From an uncultured delta proteobacterium (GTDB lineage Bacteria > Desulfobacterota > WTBG01), in assembly GCA_963793865.1 (NCBI GenBank), contig CAWCBP010000014.1:275069-339068 (forward strand): a stretch of DNA of 64,000 nt, given 5' to 3'. The notes beneath the pieces are model-generated. The model searched no databases and had not been told where the DNA came from. It worked only from the letters and a program-made list of their open reading frames with translations. Below are positions 1 through 13,570 of the stretch, piece after piece (position 1 is the first letter of the stretch; every line of letters starts with the position of its first letter). The position numbers and the translations under genes are program-made.

Positions 1-1804
<1,804 letters not shown>

Positions 1805-2044
1805 AAGTTGCGAGGCCGTCGAAGGATGCGAATATGGAATAATGTAACGTGAGGGTGGGTCATTGTCGGTAGAGGACAGATCATGTATTTTTATATTTTT
1901 GATGCTTGCAAAAATATTTATAAACGGTACAATCCTCATTTTGTCACTTATGTAAGGCCGGTGTATTCAATGCATGCATCAAGGTTTTCGGTCTCCGGAA
2001 TTCGCGGCATAGCTGAATAATCTTCCATAACTCATAATAAGCCT

Positions 2045-3175
2045 ATGAATATGAAGAAATACGTGTTTCTTGCCATCGTGGGTCTTGTTATTATAGCCGG
2101 AGCCCTTACCGGAATCAAAGCGCTTCAGTTCAGCCGGATGGCTGACCAGGGAAAAAAGCCCCAGCCTGAAATCGTGACTACAGCCGTGGCGAATACGCAA
2201 GTATGGGAGTCCACACTTACCGCCGTAGGGTCGCTGGTTGCGGTGCAAGGGGTAATGATGGCCGCCGAAATGACCGGTAAGATGGTCAAGATTACATTTG
2301 AGCCGGGTTCAATGGTTAAGGCCGGGGACCTGCTGGTACAGCAGGACACGGCTGCCGAGGAGGCAGAGCTTCGCTCCGCTGAAGCCACCGTGGGGCTGAC
2401 CAGGCTTACGTTCGAGCGAGCGCGCAGACTGCTTGCCGAAGGAACTTTTTCCCAGGCCGAATATGATAAAGCTGACGCTGAGTACAAACAGGCCCTTGCA
2501 CAGATCGACAATATCCGGGCGGTTATTGCCAAGAAAACCATCCGGGCGCCGTTTGGCGGACTGCTTGGCATCCGTTTGGTCAATTTAGGCCAGATGTTGA
2601 GCCCCGCTGATGAGATCGTTTCGCTCCAGGCGCTCGATCCGATTTTTGCGAATTTTTCCCTTCCACAGCAGCAGTTCCCGCGCATCCGGCCGGGCCTTGC
2701 GGTACGGGTGGAAACGGATGCGCTCCCCGGTGAGATTATTAAGGGAAAAATCACCGCGATCAATCCCCAGGTGGAAACTGCCACGCGCAATATCATGGTG
2801 CAGGCAACAATTCCCAATGGTAATCAGCACCTCCGGCCCGGCATGTTCGTCAACGTGACCGTGTTGTTACCCGAACATGATACAACGCTGGTCATCCCGG
2901 CGACGGCGGTGCTTAATGCGCCTTACAGTGACTCGGTGTTTATCGTTGAGAATGATGCAAGCGACAAGAAAAGTCCTCCGGGCACGGTTGTGCGCCAGCA
3001 GTTTGTGAAGCTCGGTGAGCGGCGCGGGGACTTCATTGCCGTCATTGCCGGGCTGAAGGAGGGCGAGACTGTGGTGAGCACCGGTGTGTTTAAGCTGCGC
3101 AACAGACAGGCCGTTTCTGTTGATAATACCCTGGCCCCGGCATTCAATCTTTCTCCCACACCGAAGGACACCTGA
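2045..3175 (+). CDS. RND efflux periplasmic adaptor (membrane fusion protein)
   Basis: N-terminal anchor, lipoyl-like halves (GDLLVQ / IRAPFGG), LRPGMFV; directly upstream of an RND permease. Confidence 0.92.
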   Translation: MNMKKYVFLAIVGLVIIAGALTGIKALQFSRMADQGKKPQPEIVTTAVANTQVWESTLTAVGSLVAVQGVMMAAEMTGKMVKITFEPGSMVKAGDLLVQQDTAAEEAELRSAEATVGLTRLTFERARRLLAEGTFSQAEYDKADAEYKQALAQIDNIRAVIAKKTIRAPFGGLLGIRLVNLGQMLSPADEIVSLQALDPIFANFSLPQQQFPRIRPGLAVRVETDALPGEIIKGKITAINPQVETATRNIMVQATIPNGNQHLRPGMFVNVTVLLPEHDTTLVIPATAVLNAPYSDSVFIVENDASDKKSPPGTVVRQQFVKLGERRGDFIAVIAGLKEGETVVSTGVFKLRNRQAVSVDNTLAPAFNLSPTPKDT

Positions 3176-3231
3176 TCAACAGCGTACCTTAACTGATGTG
3201 ACGTGAGCGTCTGCACCAATATTGACTAAAT

Positions 3232-6200
3232 ATGAAATTTACCGATCTTTTTATCCGCCGGCCGGTTCTCGCACTGGTCATCAATCTCATCATCATCATT
3301 GCCGGATTACAGGCGATCCGCTCGGTCAACGTCCGCCAGTTTCCCCGCAGCGAGAACTCGTCTGTCACTGTCACACGGTGTATGTGGGCGCAAGTGCGGA
3401 ACTGGTGCGCGGATTCATCACCACGCCGCTGGAACGTGCCATTGCCGCCGCCGACGGCATTGACTACATGCAGTCGAAGAGCGCCCAGGGCCTCTCGACC
3501 ATCACCGTCAGGCTGAAGCTCAATTACGATTCCATCAAGGCCCTTTCGGAAATAAGCTCCAAGGTCGACCAGGTGCGCCAGGACCTGCCGCCGGAGGCCG
3601 AGGTGCCGGTCATCAACGTCGAATCCGCCGAAAGCCAGTTTGCCGCCGCCTATCTCAGCTTCCAGTCGGACATTCTTGAGCAGAATCAGATCACCGACTA
3701 TCTCATCCGCATCGTGCAGCCGCGCATTTCCGCCGTCGAAGGCATACAGCGTGCCGACATTCTCGGCGCCCGGACCTTTGCCATGCGCATCTGGCTGAAG
3801 CCCGAGCGCATGGCCGCCTTCAATTCAGCCCATCCCAGGTGCGCCAGGCGCTGGCCGCCAACAATTATCTCACCGCCGTGGGGCAGACCAAGGGTTCGCT
3901 CGTCCAGGTCAACCTGACCGCAAACTCCGACCTGCGCTCGGTTGAGGAGTTCAAGCGGCTGGTCATCCGGGAGCAGGACGGCACCATCGTGCGGCTTGAA
4001 GACATCGGCGAGATTGCCCTGGGGGCCGAGGATTATGATACAGAAGTGCGCATATCAGGTCAGACCGCTGTCTTTATGGGGATTTTTCCGCTGCCCAACG
4101 CCAACACCATCGACGTGATCAAGCGCGTGCGCACAGAGATGGAGCTGATCGAAAAAGAATCTGCCCGGCGGTCTGGAGGCGCGTTTTGCCTACGATGCCA
4201 CCGACTACATCAATAATGCCATCAGCGAGGTCCTGAAGACGCTGATCGACACCCTGATCATCGTCATGGTGGTCATATTTCTGTTTCTCGGCTCGCTGCG
4301 ATCGGTCTTTATTCCCGTTGTGGCCATACCCCTGTCGCTGGTCGGTGCGGTGTTTCTGATGCAGCTGTTCGGCTTTACCATCAATCTGCTGACCCTTCTG
4401 GCCATTGTGCTCTCGGTGGGACTGGTGGTTGATGACGCCATCGTGGTGGTGGAAAACATCGAGCGACATCTGAGCGAGGGGCAGTCCCCGTGCAGGCTGC
4501 CCTGCTGGGCGCGCGCGAACTGGTCGGGCCCGATAATCGCCATGACCATAACCCTGGCGGCCGTGTATGTCCCCATCGGTTTGCAGGGCGGCCTGACCGG
4601 CTCCCTCTTCCGGGAGTTTGCCTTTACCCTGTCGGGGGCGGTTGCGATCTCCGGGGTTGTGGCGCTGACCCTTTCGCCGATGATGTCGTCCAAAATGCTC
4701 AAGCCGGGGATTGAGGAGCACGGGCTGGCCGAAAAGAATCGCCGATGATTTCAAACGTTTCAGGATGTTCTACGGCCGCCTGCTTGACATCACCCTCAAC
4801 GCGCGGCCGGCCGTCTACGCGGTGTGGATCGTTGTGGGCCTGCTCGCCATCCCCATGTTCAGGATGTCTCCGGCGGAACTGGCGCCACTGGAGGATCAGG
4901 GGGCGATTTTCAGCATCATTGATGCGCCGGCCAATTCCTCGCTCGAACTCACCAGCCATTTCAGCCGAGCGGCGGATCAGATATTTCAGAGCGTTCCGGA
5001 AAAGGACTTCACCTTTCGAAATCACCTTTCCCACCTCCGGATTCGGCGGCATCATCACCAAGCCCTGGGATGAGCGCGAGCGCACACCCTTTGAAATTCT
5101 GCCCGAAATGCAGCGAAAACTGCGTGCCATCTCCGGCATACGGGTGTTGCTGATAGCCCCTCCCGCATTGCCGGGCGGGGGCGAGTTCCCGGTAGAGTTT
5201 GTCATCGCGTCAACAGCCGAGCTTGACGAGGTTCTCTCGTTTGCCGAGCAGATCAAGCTGAAGGCCATGCAGGAGGGGATATTTGCCTTTCCGCCGCTCC
5301 TCGATGTCAAGATCGATCAGCCGCAGTCAGAGATCGTTATTGACCGGGACAAGGTGGCTGTCCTCGGGCTCAATCTCCAGCAGGTGGGCGCTGACCTCTC
5401 ATCGATGCTCAGCGGCAATTATGTGAACCGCTTCAACATTGCCGGGCGCAGCTACAAGGTCATTCCGCAGATCAAGCGGGTGGGCCGGCTTAATCCCGAC
5501 CAGCTGCAGAATATTTACATTACCGGGCCTGACGGCCAACTGGTGCAGCTCAGCACGGTTGCCGAGATCCGCAACTCAACGGTTCCCCGTTCGCTGAACC
5601 GTTTTCAGCAGCTCAATGCGGTCAAAATCAGCGGCGTAGCCATGCGCCCCCTCAACGAGGCACTGCGCTTCCTGGAAGAGGAGGCCGCGAAGATTCTGCC
5701 TCAGGGCTATGTGCTGGATTACACGGGCGAGTCACGCCAGCTCCGGACCGAAGGGTACAAGTTCCTTCCCGCCTTCGGGCTTGCCATGGTGCTCATCTTT
5801 CTTGTGCTGTCGGCCCAGTTTAACAGCTTTCGGGATCCCCTGGTCATTCTGGCCGGTTCGGTGCCGCTGGCGCTCTTCGGTGCGCTCATCTTTATGTTCC
5901 TGAAGATGCCCAGCCCGGACATACCCTTCTTTACCGACGGCTGGACCACGACACTTAATATCTATTCCCAGGTGGGGCTGGTGACCCTCATCGGTCTGGT
6001 TTCAAGAAACGGCATCCTCATCGTTGAGTTCGCCAACAAGCTGCAGGAGCAGGGTCGCACCAAACGGGATGCCGTGCACGAAGCGGCTCTGAGCCGGCTG
6101 CGCCCCATTCTGATGATCAGCGCGGCAACCATCGCCGGCCACTTTCCCCTCACCCTGGTAACCGGCGCCGGCGCGGAAGCCCGTAACTCCATCGGCCTGG

Positions 6201-6316
6201 TGCTCGTTGGCGGCATGGCCGTCGGCACCCTCTTTACCCTCTTTGTCATCCCCTCCATCTACATGCTCATCGCCCGCGACCGCTCCAAGGATCGCTCTCA
6301 GGAAGCAACCATATAA
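3232..6316 (+). CDS. RND efflux permease (AcrB/MexW-like), frameshifted
   Basis: MKFTDLFIRRPVLA start, GLVVDDAIVVVEN, RNGILIVEFA and RLRPILM motifs spread over about six overlapping ORFs. Confidence 0.92.
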
Positions 6317-6473
6317 ACTGGTTAAAACGAGGGTTTGAACTCGTTGCAAAAAAGCCTCCCGGCAATTCGACCGAGAGGCCAATATCCGCAAAATCCAAAG
6401 GAGCCTGCACTTTGAAATAGTGAGGCTCCTCATTTTTTAATCCGCATTCCGCACTCCAAAATCCAAAATGGTT

Positions 6474-7265
6474 TTACTTAACCAGCCGCCGCTTCATTTT
6501 TGCGATGGCCAGGGGGAAGAAGATGATGCAGAAAATCAGCAGGAAGATTAAAGGCCAGAGCAGGCTTACATCGATGGATCCGAAGCAGAGGGATCTGGTT
6601 AGTGTCACCAGATGGGTGAGCGGTAAAATAGTAGAAATGATTTGAGCCCATTCCGGCAAATTATCCAGCGGGAAAAAGGTACCGCTGAAAAGAAACATGG
6701 GGGTGATGAACAGGAAGATGGGCAGGTTGAAGGTCTCAATGTTGGGTGTTATCCCGGTGAAAAACATGCCGACGGAGCCGAAGGCAATGCCCCCCAGAAA
6801 TGCCAGGGGAAGAATGAAAAGTCCCTGGGGGTAGGAGATGAGCCCGAAAAAACTGATAATGACCATCATCAGCGCCGTCGAAAGCAGAGATTTTGTGGCA
6901 CCCCAGACGATTTCCCCGGCGATAATCTCTTCCAGGAAAAGGGGGGTTGCCAGCATGGCGTCAAAGGTTTTCTGATGATACATCCTCACAAATGAGGCAT
7001 AGGTATTCTCAAAAAAAGCATTGTACATTATGGTGACCGCTAACAGGGCGGGTGCGATAAAATTGATATAGGGCACGTTGTTTCCGCCATAGGGAATTTC
7101 TTCAATAAAGGCGCTCAGCCCATAACCAAAGGCAAGCAGGTAAAAGAGGGGTTCAAGCATCGGCGGGATGAAGCTTATCTTCCAGGTCTTCTGGTAGACA
7201 GTGAAGTTCCGCTGCCATACGCGGATAAAGCGCCTGGAAATGCGGGTGAATGATAGAGCGCTCAT
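6474..7265 (-). CDS. ABC-2 type transporter permease (NodJ-like)
   Basis: Six hydrophobic segments, PMFLFSGTFFP motif; overlaps the ATPase stop by 4 nt. Confidence 0.9.
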   Translation of the reverse strand: MSALSFTRISRRFIRVWQRNFTVYQKTWKISFIPPMLEPLFYLLAFGYGLSAFIEEIPYGGNNVPYINFIAPALLAVTIMYNAFFENTYASFVRMYHQKTFDAMLATPLFLEEIIAGEIVWGATKSLLSTALMMVIISFFGLISYPQGLFILPLAFLGGIAFGSVGMFFTGITPNIETFNLPIFLFITPMFLFSGTFFPLDNLPEWAQIISTILPLTHLVTLTRSLCFGSIDVSLLWPLIFLLIFCIIFFPLAIAKMKRRLVK

Positions 7266-8173
7266 TCTCTTAAATCTCTCCCGGTTAATTTCAAGAAAAC
7301 ATCTTCAAGGGTTGCCGGACGCAGGACACAGCCCTCATTACAGAATTGAGTGCTGATGGTGTGAAACAGGGCCTCGCTCTCTTCATCGTAAATGATCAGA
7401 CGGTGTTCCAGGACTTCATAGGTTTGAAAGTGCGACTGGACATAGTCAGTCAATGCTTTGCCGGGATCTGCAACTTCGATTATGTTGCGACCCACATGCT
7501 TTTTGATCAGATCCAGGGGTTTCCCCTCGACGAGTATATGCCCGTGATCCACGATGATCAGTCTGTCGCACAGGCGCGCGGCTTCATCCATGTAATGGGT
7601 GGTGAGCAGGATGGAAAGCCCGCTTGCTTTAAGCCGCTCCAGCCGTTCCCATACCTGGTGCCGCGACTGGGGATCAAGGCCGGTGGTGGGCTCATCCAGA
7701 ATGAGCAGCTCGGGATCATTGATAAGCGCCCGGGCAATGACCAGCCGCCTCATCATTCCCCCCGACAGTTCGGTAACCATGGCATCCCGGCGATGGTCGA
7801 GGGCGATAAACTTGAGCTGCTTCTCCGTCTTTTCAGCTGCCATTTTTTTTGGCATGTCAAAATAGCGGGAAAAGACCATCAGGTTTTGTTCTACCGTCAA
7901 ATCGGGATCGAGGCTGTTCTCCTGCTGGCAGACCCCTATGCGGGATTTGATCTCCCGCAGTGACCGGGTTATATCAAGGCCGAAAACCCTGAGGCTGCCG
8001 CCGGTCATGGGAGAAAAGCCGTAAATCATGCGAACCGTTGATGTTTTTCCCGCGCCGTTCGGTCCCAGAATGCCGAAGCACTCTCCGCGCGGGACGTTAA
8101 AGGAGATGTCATCAACGGCAATGATGCTGCCGAACTCCTTCCTTAAATTTTTTGCCTCAATGACGTAATCCAT
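7262..8173 (-). CDS. ABC transporter ATP-binding protein (NodI-like)
   Basis: Walker A GPNGAGKT, signature LSGGM, Walker B ILDEPT, C-terminal TLEDVFL. Confidence 0.93.
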   Translation of the reverse strand: MDYVIEAKNLRKEFGSIIAVDDISFNVPRGECFGILGPNGAGKTSTVRMIYGFSPMTGGSLRVFGLDITRSLREIKSRIGVCQQENSLDPDLTVEQNLMVFSRYFDMPKKMAAEKTEKQLKFIALDHRRDAMVTELSGGMMRRLVIARALINDPELLILDEPTTGLDPQSRHQVWERLERLKASGLSILLTTHYMDEAARLCDRLIIVDHGHILVEGKPLDLIKKHVGRNIIEVADPGKALTDYVQSHFQTYEVLEHRLIIYDEESEALFHTISTQFCNEGCVLRPATLEDVFLKLTGRDLRE

Positions 8174-8232
8174 GAGATAGTAGTAGTATTAAAATGCTCG
8201 ATTAAGGATTGTTGGTTGCACCCGGTTGCCGC

Positions 8233-9661
8233 CTATTTGTTCTCCCACCCGCCCCCGAGCGCTTTATAAAGTGCCACCAGATCTGTGGAAAGGTTTCGGG
8301 TGCTCTGCACCAGGGCGTCCTCGGAATCAAAGAGCAGCCGCTGTGCTATGAGCACATTAAGAAAATCAGTCAGGCCTTCCGCATAGAGTTTGGTTGAAAG
8401 CTCAACTGCCCTGCGATTGGCCGTAACCGCATCGACAAGTGCCGCCCGGCGCTCCTGCTCCTTGGCGTAGGCGATCAGGGCGTTTTCAACTTCCTGAAAC
8501 GCGGTCAGGACGGTCTTTTCATAGGCGAGGACCGTCTCTTCCTGCAGCCCCTTTTGCAATGCAATATTGGAGCGGATGCGGCCGGCATCGAAGACATTCC
8601 AGCTCACCGAGGGGGCGAAGGACCACACGTAATTGGAGCGTTTCAGCCATTCGCCGCTTTCATCACCCTCAAAGCCTGCTGAGCCAACAAGGTTAAACTT
8701 CGGAAACAGGTCAGCGGTAGCCACCCCGATGCGGGCGGTGGCAGCTTGGATCTGTGCCTCGGCACGACGGATATCGGGCCGGCGGAGCAGCAAATCAGAG
8801 GGCAGCAGCATGGGGATGTCCGGCGGTGCCTCCGGGAAGAGAGGCGGGCGGGGACAGTTCCTCAAGCAGGGCGGAAGGCTCCAGCGCAAGCAGCACGCCG
8901 AGATTATAGATTGCCTGCTGCGCGGAGGTTTCGAACACGGGGATCTGGGAAGCGGTGGTTGCAACCTGGGCGGTGGCGTTGGCAACATCCAGAGCGCTTA
9001 CCAGACCGACAGAAAAACGCTTGCGGGTAATCTCTGCGCTGTGCTGCTGTGCCGCCAGATTTTTTTGGGCTATGAGCACTTCCTGCTGAAATCCCCGAAG
9101 CTCAAGATAGTTGAGGGCCACTTCAGCCGCCAGGGTTACCAGGGTGTTGCGATAGTCCTCGATGGTAAACTGAATATCTGCATCCGCCGCTTCAATCTCA
9201 CGCCGCACACCGCCAAAGATATCCAATTCCCACGCGGCATCGAGGCCGGCAAGAAAAAGGTTGCTGGTGGTTGCGGATGTATCATCGAAAGCACTGCCGA
9301 CAGAGCGCCGGCGGGTGAAGCTTGCCGTTGTATCGGCAGCGGGCGCCAGGCCGGCGGCGACAATGCCGCGGGATGCCCGTGCCTGCCGGATACGCGACGC
9401 TGCCGCTTGCAGATCAAGGTTTGACGCGATTGCACGGTCAACCAGGGAAATCAGTGTTTCGTCGTCAAATGTCGTCCACCAGCGTACCAGCTCCGCCTGG
9501 TGTTCGGGTGTGAAGCTCATCTCCGAAGCCCTGCCAACCCAGCCGGAGGGGGGCTGCAGCTCCGGAGGCCGGTAATCGGGACCCACCGCGCACGCCGATG
9601 CCGTGAACAGGCACAGCCATGTCACTAATCGCCGAACACCACAATACCCCCGGCAGCACAT
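8233..9661 (-). CDS. NodT/OprM-family efflux outer-membrane lipoprotein, one frameshift
   Basis: Lipobox ASAC followed by AVGPDY, WELDIFG, LLRRPDIRRAE, LYKALGGGW; AAGGAG RBS before the ATG at 9661; frame break near 8840. Confidence 0.9.
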
Positions 9662-9698
9662 GATATAAATCTCCTTACGGTCTGGCGGCTTCAAATCA

Positions 9699-11081
9699 TC
9701 ATTCATAGCGGAGGGCTTCAATCGGGTCAAGCCGCGATGCCTTCCATGCCGGATAAAAGCCGAAGATGATGCCCACGCTCGCGGAAACGACGACCGATAC
9801 AAGAATTGCGGCCAGCGAGGTTTCTGTCGGCCAGCGCAGTATGAGCGTTACCAGGTAAGAGCCGGTGCAGCCAACCAGGATGCCGACGGCCCCGCCTGCC
9901 AGGCACAGGGCAATGGCTTCCACCAGAAACTGAATCAGGATGTCCCGTCCTCTTCCGCCCACGGCCATGCGCAGGCCGATTTCCCTGGTGCGTTCGGTCA
10001 CCGACACCAGCATGATGTTCATAATGCCCACGCCCCCGACAACCAGAGAGATCAGGGCCACGCTTAGGAGCAGGTTTGTCATCAAAAGCGACGTGGAGGC
10101 GAGCGTCCTGGTCATTTCGGTCATGTCGCGTATGTTGAAATCGTCGGGCTGGTTAGGGAGGATCCGGTGCCGCTGCCGGAGCAGCCGGGTGATCTGCTCT
10201 ATGGCCAGGGGAATTTCAGCATCGGACGCTGCGGAAACGAGTATAGAATCAACATTGGTGAAGCGCACGGGCAGCGGTGTGTCGGCCGCCTGTATGGCGG
10301 AAGGCTCGGGGTAGAGGACGGGCTTATCATTAGGATACAGCTTGCTCAGGGTGTTCACCGCTGACGATGAGTCCGAAGCTGAAGCGGCGCTGCTCTGATT
10401 GACATCAGCCAGCGACGAGCCGGTTACTCGATACTTGATGGTGGTCCAGGGGGCCAGGATAATGTCATCCTGATCCCTGCCCATCATGTTGGCACCCTTG
10501 GCGCTGAGCACCCCCAGCACGCGGAAGGACACGTTGTTGATGCGCACCTCTTTGCCCACGGGCGACTCGCCGCCGAAGAGCTCCCGCACCACCGTCTGGC
10601 CGAGCACGCATACCTTGCTGGCGTTGCGCACGTCAAGATCGCTGAACATCTCGCCCATGGCCAGCTGGGTCCAGCCCCGCACGTCGAGGTAGGCAGGGGT
10701 CGTGCCGCTGATCTGCATGGGGACCCAGTTCCGGTTGCCGTAGATTACCTGGGTGCGGGCCCGCACCTCCGGGGCGACAGTGCGCACGGAGGTGCATTCC
10801 CGCGCTATTGCTTCACAATCTTCCGGTGAAAGGGTCATTTCGCTGCCGGCGCCGAAGCTTACGCCGCCGCTTGCGGCGGTACCGGGGCGTACCATGAGAT
10901 TGTTTGCGCCCATATTCAAAATGCTGCGCTGGATGGCAGTCGCGGAACCCTTGCCGATTTCGATCATGACAATGACCGAGGCCACGCCGATGATAATGCC
11001 CAGGGTTGTAAGGGTTGCGCGCATGGGGTTGCGGGAGAGAGCCCGAAGAGCGGTGCGCATTGTCTTCTTATGGGTCTTCAT
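9699..11081 (-). CDS. MacB-type ABC permease
   Basis: TLGIIIGVASV, GGVGIMNIMLVSVTERTREIG and PAWKASRLDPIEALRYE motifs. Confidence 0.93.
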   Translation of the reverse strand: MKTHKKTMRTALRALSRNPMRATLTTLGIIIGVASVIVMIEIGKGSATAIQRSILNMGANNLMVRPGTAASGGVSFGAGSEMTLSPEDCEAIARECTSVRTVAPEVRARTQVIYGNRNWVPMQISGTTPAYLDVRGWTQLAMGEMFSDLDVRNASKVCVLGQTVVRELFGGESPVGKEVRINNVSFRVLGVLSAKGANMMGRDQDDIILAPWTTIKYRVTGSSLADVNQSSAASASDSSSAVNTLSKLYPNDKPVLYPEPSAIQAADTPLPVRFTNVDSILVSAASDAEIPLAIEQITRLLRQRHRILPNQPDDFNIRDMTEMTRTLASTSLLMTNLLLSVALISLVVGGVGIMNIMLVSVTERTREIGLRMAVGGRGRDILIQFLVEAIALCLAGGAVGILVGCTGSYLVTLILRWPTETSLAAILVSVVVSASVGIIFGFYPAWKASRLDPIEALRYE

Positions 11082-11096
11082 GTTACTGTGCCTCCC

Positions 11097-11828
11097 TTAG
11101 ACCGGTGCGGTCATGATGCCAGCCGGATTCTGCATGCCCTGTGTCGGCTCACCGTCGGTAAGCACGCCGTCGCTTATGCCGATCACCCGCCCGGCATAAC
11201 GGGCCACCTCCGGGTTATGCGTCACAATCAGTATGGTAATGCCATCATCCCGGTTCAGCTCCTGGAAAAGGCGCATCATTTCCGCGCTGGTATGGGTGTC
11301 AAGATTTCCGGTCGGCTCGTCGGCCAGCAACAGGGAGGGCATGTTGATGAGTGCCCGCGCGATTGCCACCCGCTGCTGCTGTCCGCCTGACAGCTGGGAT
11401 GGCTCGTGATGAAAACGGTCGGCCAGGCCGACGCGTGTTAGCAGTGACACCGCTCTCTCCCGGGCTTCATGATCGGTGAGATCTTCAGAGGTGTAGCAGA
11501 GGGGAATCATCACGTTGTCCAGGGCGTTGGTGCGCGGCAGGAGGTTGAAATTCTGGAACACAAAGCCGATCTTGCGGTTTCTCAGGAAGGCCCGCTCATC
11601 GGCTGTCAGACCCGACACCTCCCTTCCTTCGAGAAAGTATTGTCCGGAGGTTGGATGGTCGAGACAGCCGAGAATATTCATGAGGGTGCTTTTCCCCGAG
11701 CCCGACGCGCCCATGAGCGCGACAAGCTCTCCCTGTTGGACTGATAGAGATATGCCCTTGAGTACCGGCACTTCCAGTTCCCCCAGGTGATAGCTTTTGT
11801 GGATATTCTGCAGTTCAATCAGGTCCAT
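11097..11828 (-). CDS. ABC ATP-binding protein (LolD/MacB-ATPase type)
   Basis: GASGSGKST, LSGGQQQRVAIARAL, LADEPTGNLD; likely start MDLIEL. Confidence 0.93.
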   Translation of the reverse strand: MDLIELQNIHKSYHLGELEVPVLKGISLSVQQGELVALMGASGSGKSTLMNILGCLDHPTSGQYFLEGREVSGLTADERAFLRNRKIGFVFQNFNLLPRTNALDNVMIPLCYTSEDLTDHEARERAVSLLTRVGLADRFHHEPSQLSGGQQQRVAIARALINMPSLLLADEPTGNLDTHTSAEMMRLFQELNRDDGITILIVTHNPEVARYAGRVIGISDGVLTDGEPTQGMQNPAGIMTAPV

Positions 11829-11885
11829 GATGAGGGTTGCCCTCCGCCAATGATAGCTGCTGTTGCAGCATAGCATCGGCTGTTG

Positions 11886-13237
11886 CTATTGGCTCTGGGG
11901 GCGATTGCTTCTCATGGTCTGCGGTGTAAATGGGCTCACCGTCTGGCTGTCAACCTGCTGCTGCTTTTTTCCAACAACGACTTCCAGCCCCTCTTTCAGA
12001 TCCTCACTCCGCACCTCCGTCATGAAGCCGTCGGTCAGGCCGGTGCTGACGGTGATGGGATAGACGAGACCGCCATCCCGCACCCACACCGTGTCCTGAT
12101 GATTTTTGGCCGGGTCCCGGCTTGATGATTGGCGGGCGTCTCTTTGGCTTGAGGTGCACTGATACCTCATGTGCCGCCGCCTCACGGTATTGCGGAACTA
12201 CCTCATCAGGCAGGGGAGACCATCGCAGCGCGGCGTTCGGCACCAGCAGCACATTGGTCCGCCGGCCTATTTCAAACTGTACGTTTGCTGTGAGATACGG
12301 CAGAAGCCTGCCGCTGGAGTTGTCTGTGATTACTTCCACGGTATAGGTAACCACATTCTGTGTCATGGAGGCATTGAGACGTATTTTCCCCACCTCGCCG
12401 TGGAATACCTCCCCGGGATAGGCATCAACGGTAAATCGTACCGGCTGGCCCGGGTGAATGGCGCCGATATCGGCCTCGTTGACAGATACCCAGACCTGCA
12501 TGCGCTTGAGGTCCTTCGCGATCAGGAAAAGGCTCGGCGCGTTAAGGCTGGCAACGACGGTCTGCCCGATGTTCACCCTGCGATCGATGATGACACCGTT
12601 GACCGGTGACTTGATGGTGCAGTAGCCAAGGTTTCTTTGAGTCCGCTGCAGCGTTGCCTCTGCATGCGCGGCAGTTTTCCGGGCCTGCTGAATTGCCGCC
12701 TCGCCCACTGCCAGATTGGCTTTTGCCATCTCATAAGCCGATCGGTACGCGTCATAACTTGCCTCTGACAGCGCATCAGAAGGTCCCAGCTTTTGGGCTC
12801 TTTCCCAGTCCCGTTCCGCCTGGTAGTGCTTGGCCTTCAGTTGCCCGAGGTCAGCCTCCGCACGCTTAACTCCTGCCTGTGCCTGCTGTAACTGGGCGTT
12901 TGCCATTGCCACATCCGCCGCGTATAATGAATCGTCAATCTGAGCAAGAACCATTTCCGCTTCTACTACTGAACCATAATCGATGGGTTTACCCGTTTTG
13001 TCCCTGCCGAATGAAGAGATCTGACCGGCTACCTGCGCACCCACGTCGATTACCTCTTCGGGTTCGACCGTACCCGTAGCACTTATAGTTGCGAGGAGCT
13101 CGCCCCGTTTAACCGGGGCGGTGCGATACAAAGATCCATTGCCGCTCCTGCCATTGTTCAATGACCCAGGTTAATCCAATTGCAGCCAGTACCGCTAAGG
13201 CAACCAGCGTAAAAAATTTCCTGCCATTAGATTTCAT
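11886..13237 (-). CDS. MacA-like periplasmic adaptor, frameshifted
   Basis: ISATGTVEP, VGAQVAGQI, IKSPVNGVII, GQTVVASLNAP; the N-terminal anchor (MKSNGRKFFTLVAL) and the C-terminal TGLTDG segment lie in other frames. Confidence 0.88.
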
Positions 13238-13570
13238 GTTCCATCCTGCTTATCGCTCTTGCTGTTGGTTATACATGCTGCCGGCACGTTTGAGGCGCCT
13301 CCGAAATGATCAATAGATATTCAAAGCATATTTCATCAGGGACACTATAGTCTATCACATCCCTGTTTGCTTTTTAACCCCTTTTACTGCATTTGCCGGG
13401 ATTGGATAAAAAAATGGGCCGGTAGACTCTTTTTATTATACACCCGTGGGTTTATAGGAAATTGCGGGCATGGCAGTAACGGTCAAAACGTTCGCGCGAC
13501 TTTTTTATTGTCCCGGCTGACGGTTTTTGCTATAAAACGGGCCACTTTTATTCCGCCTCAAGGTTTTTAC

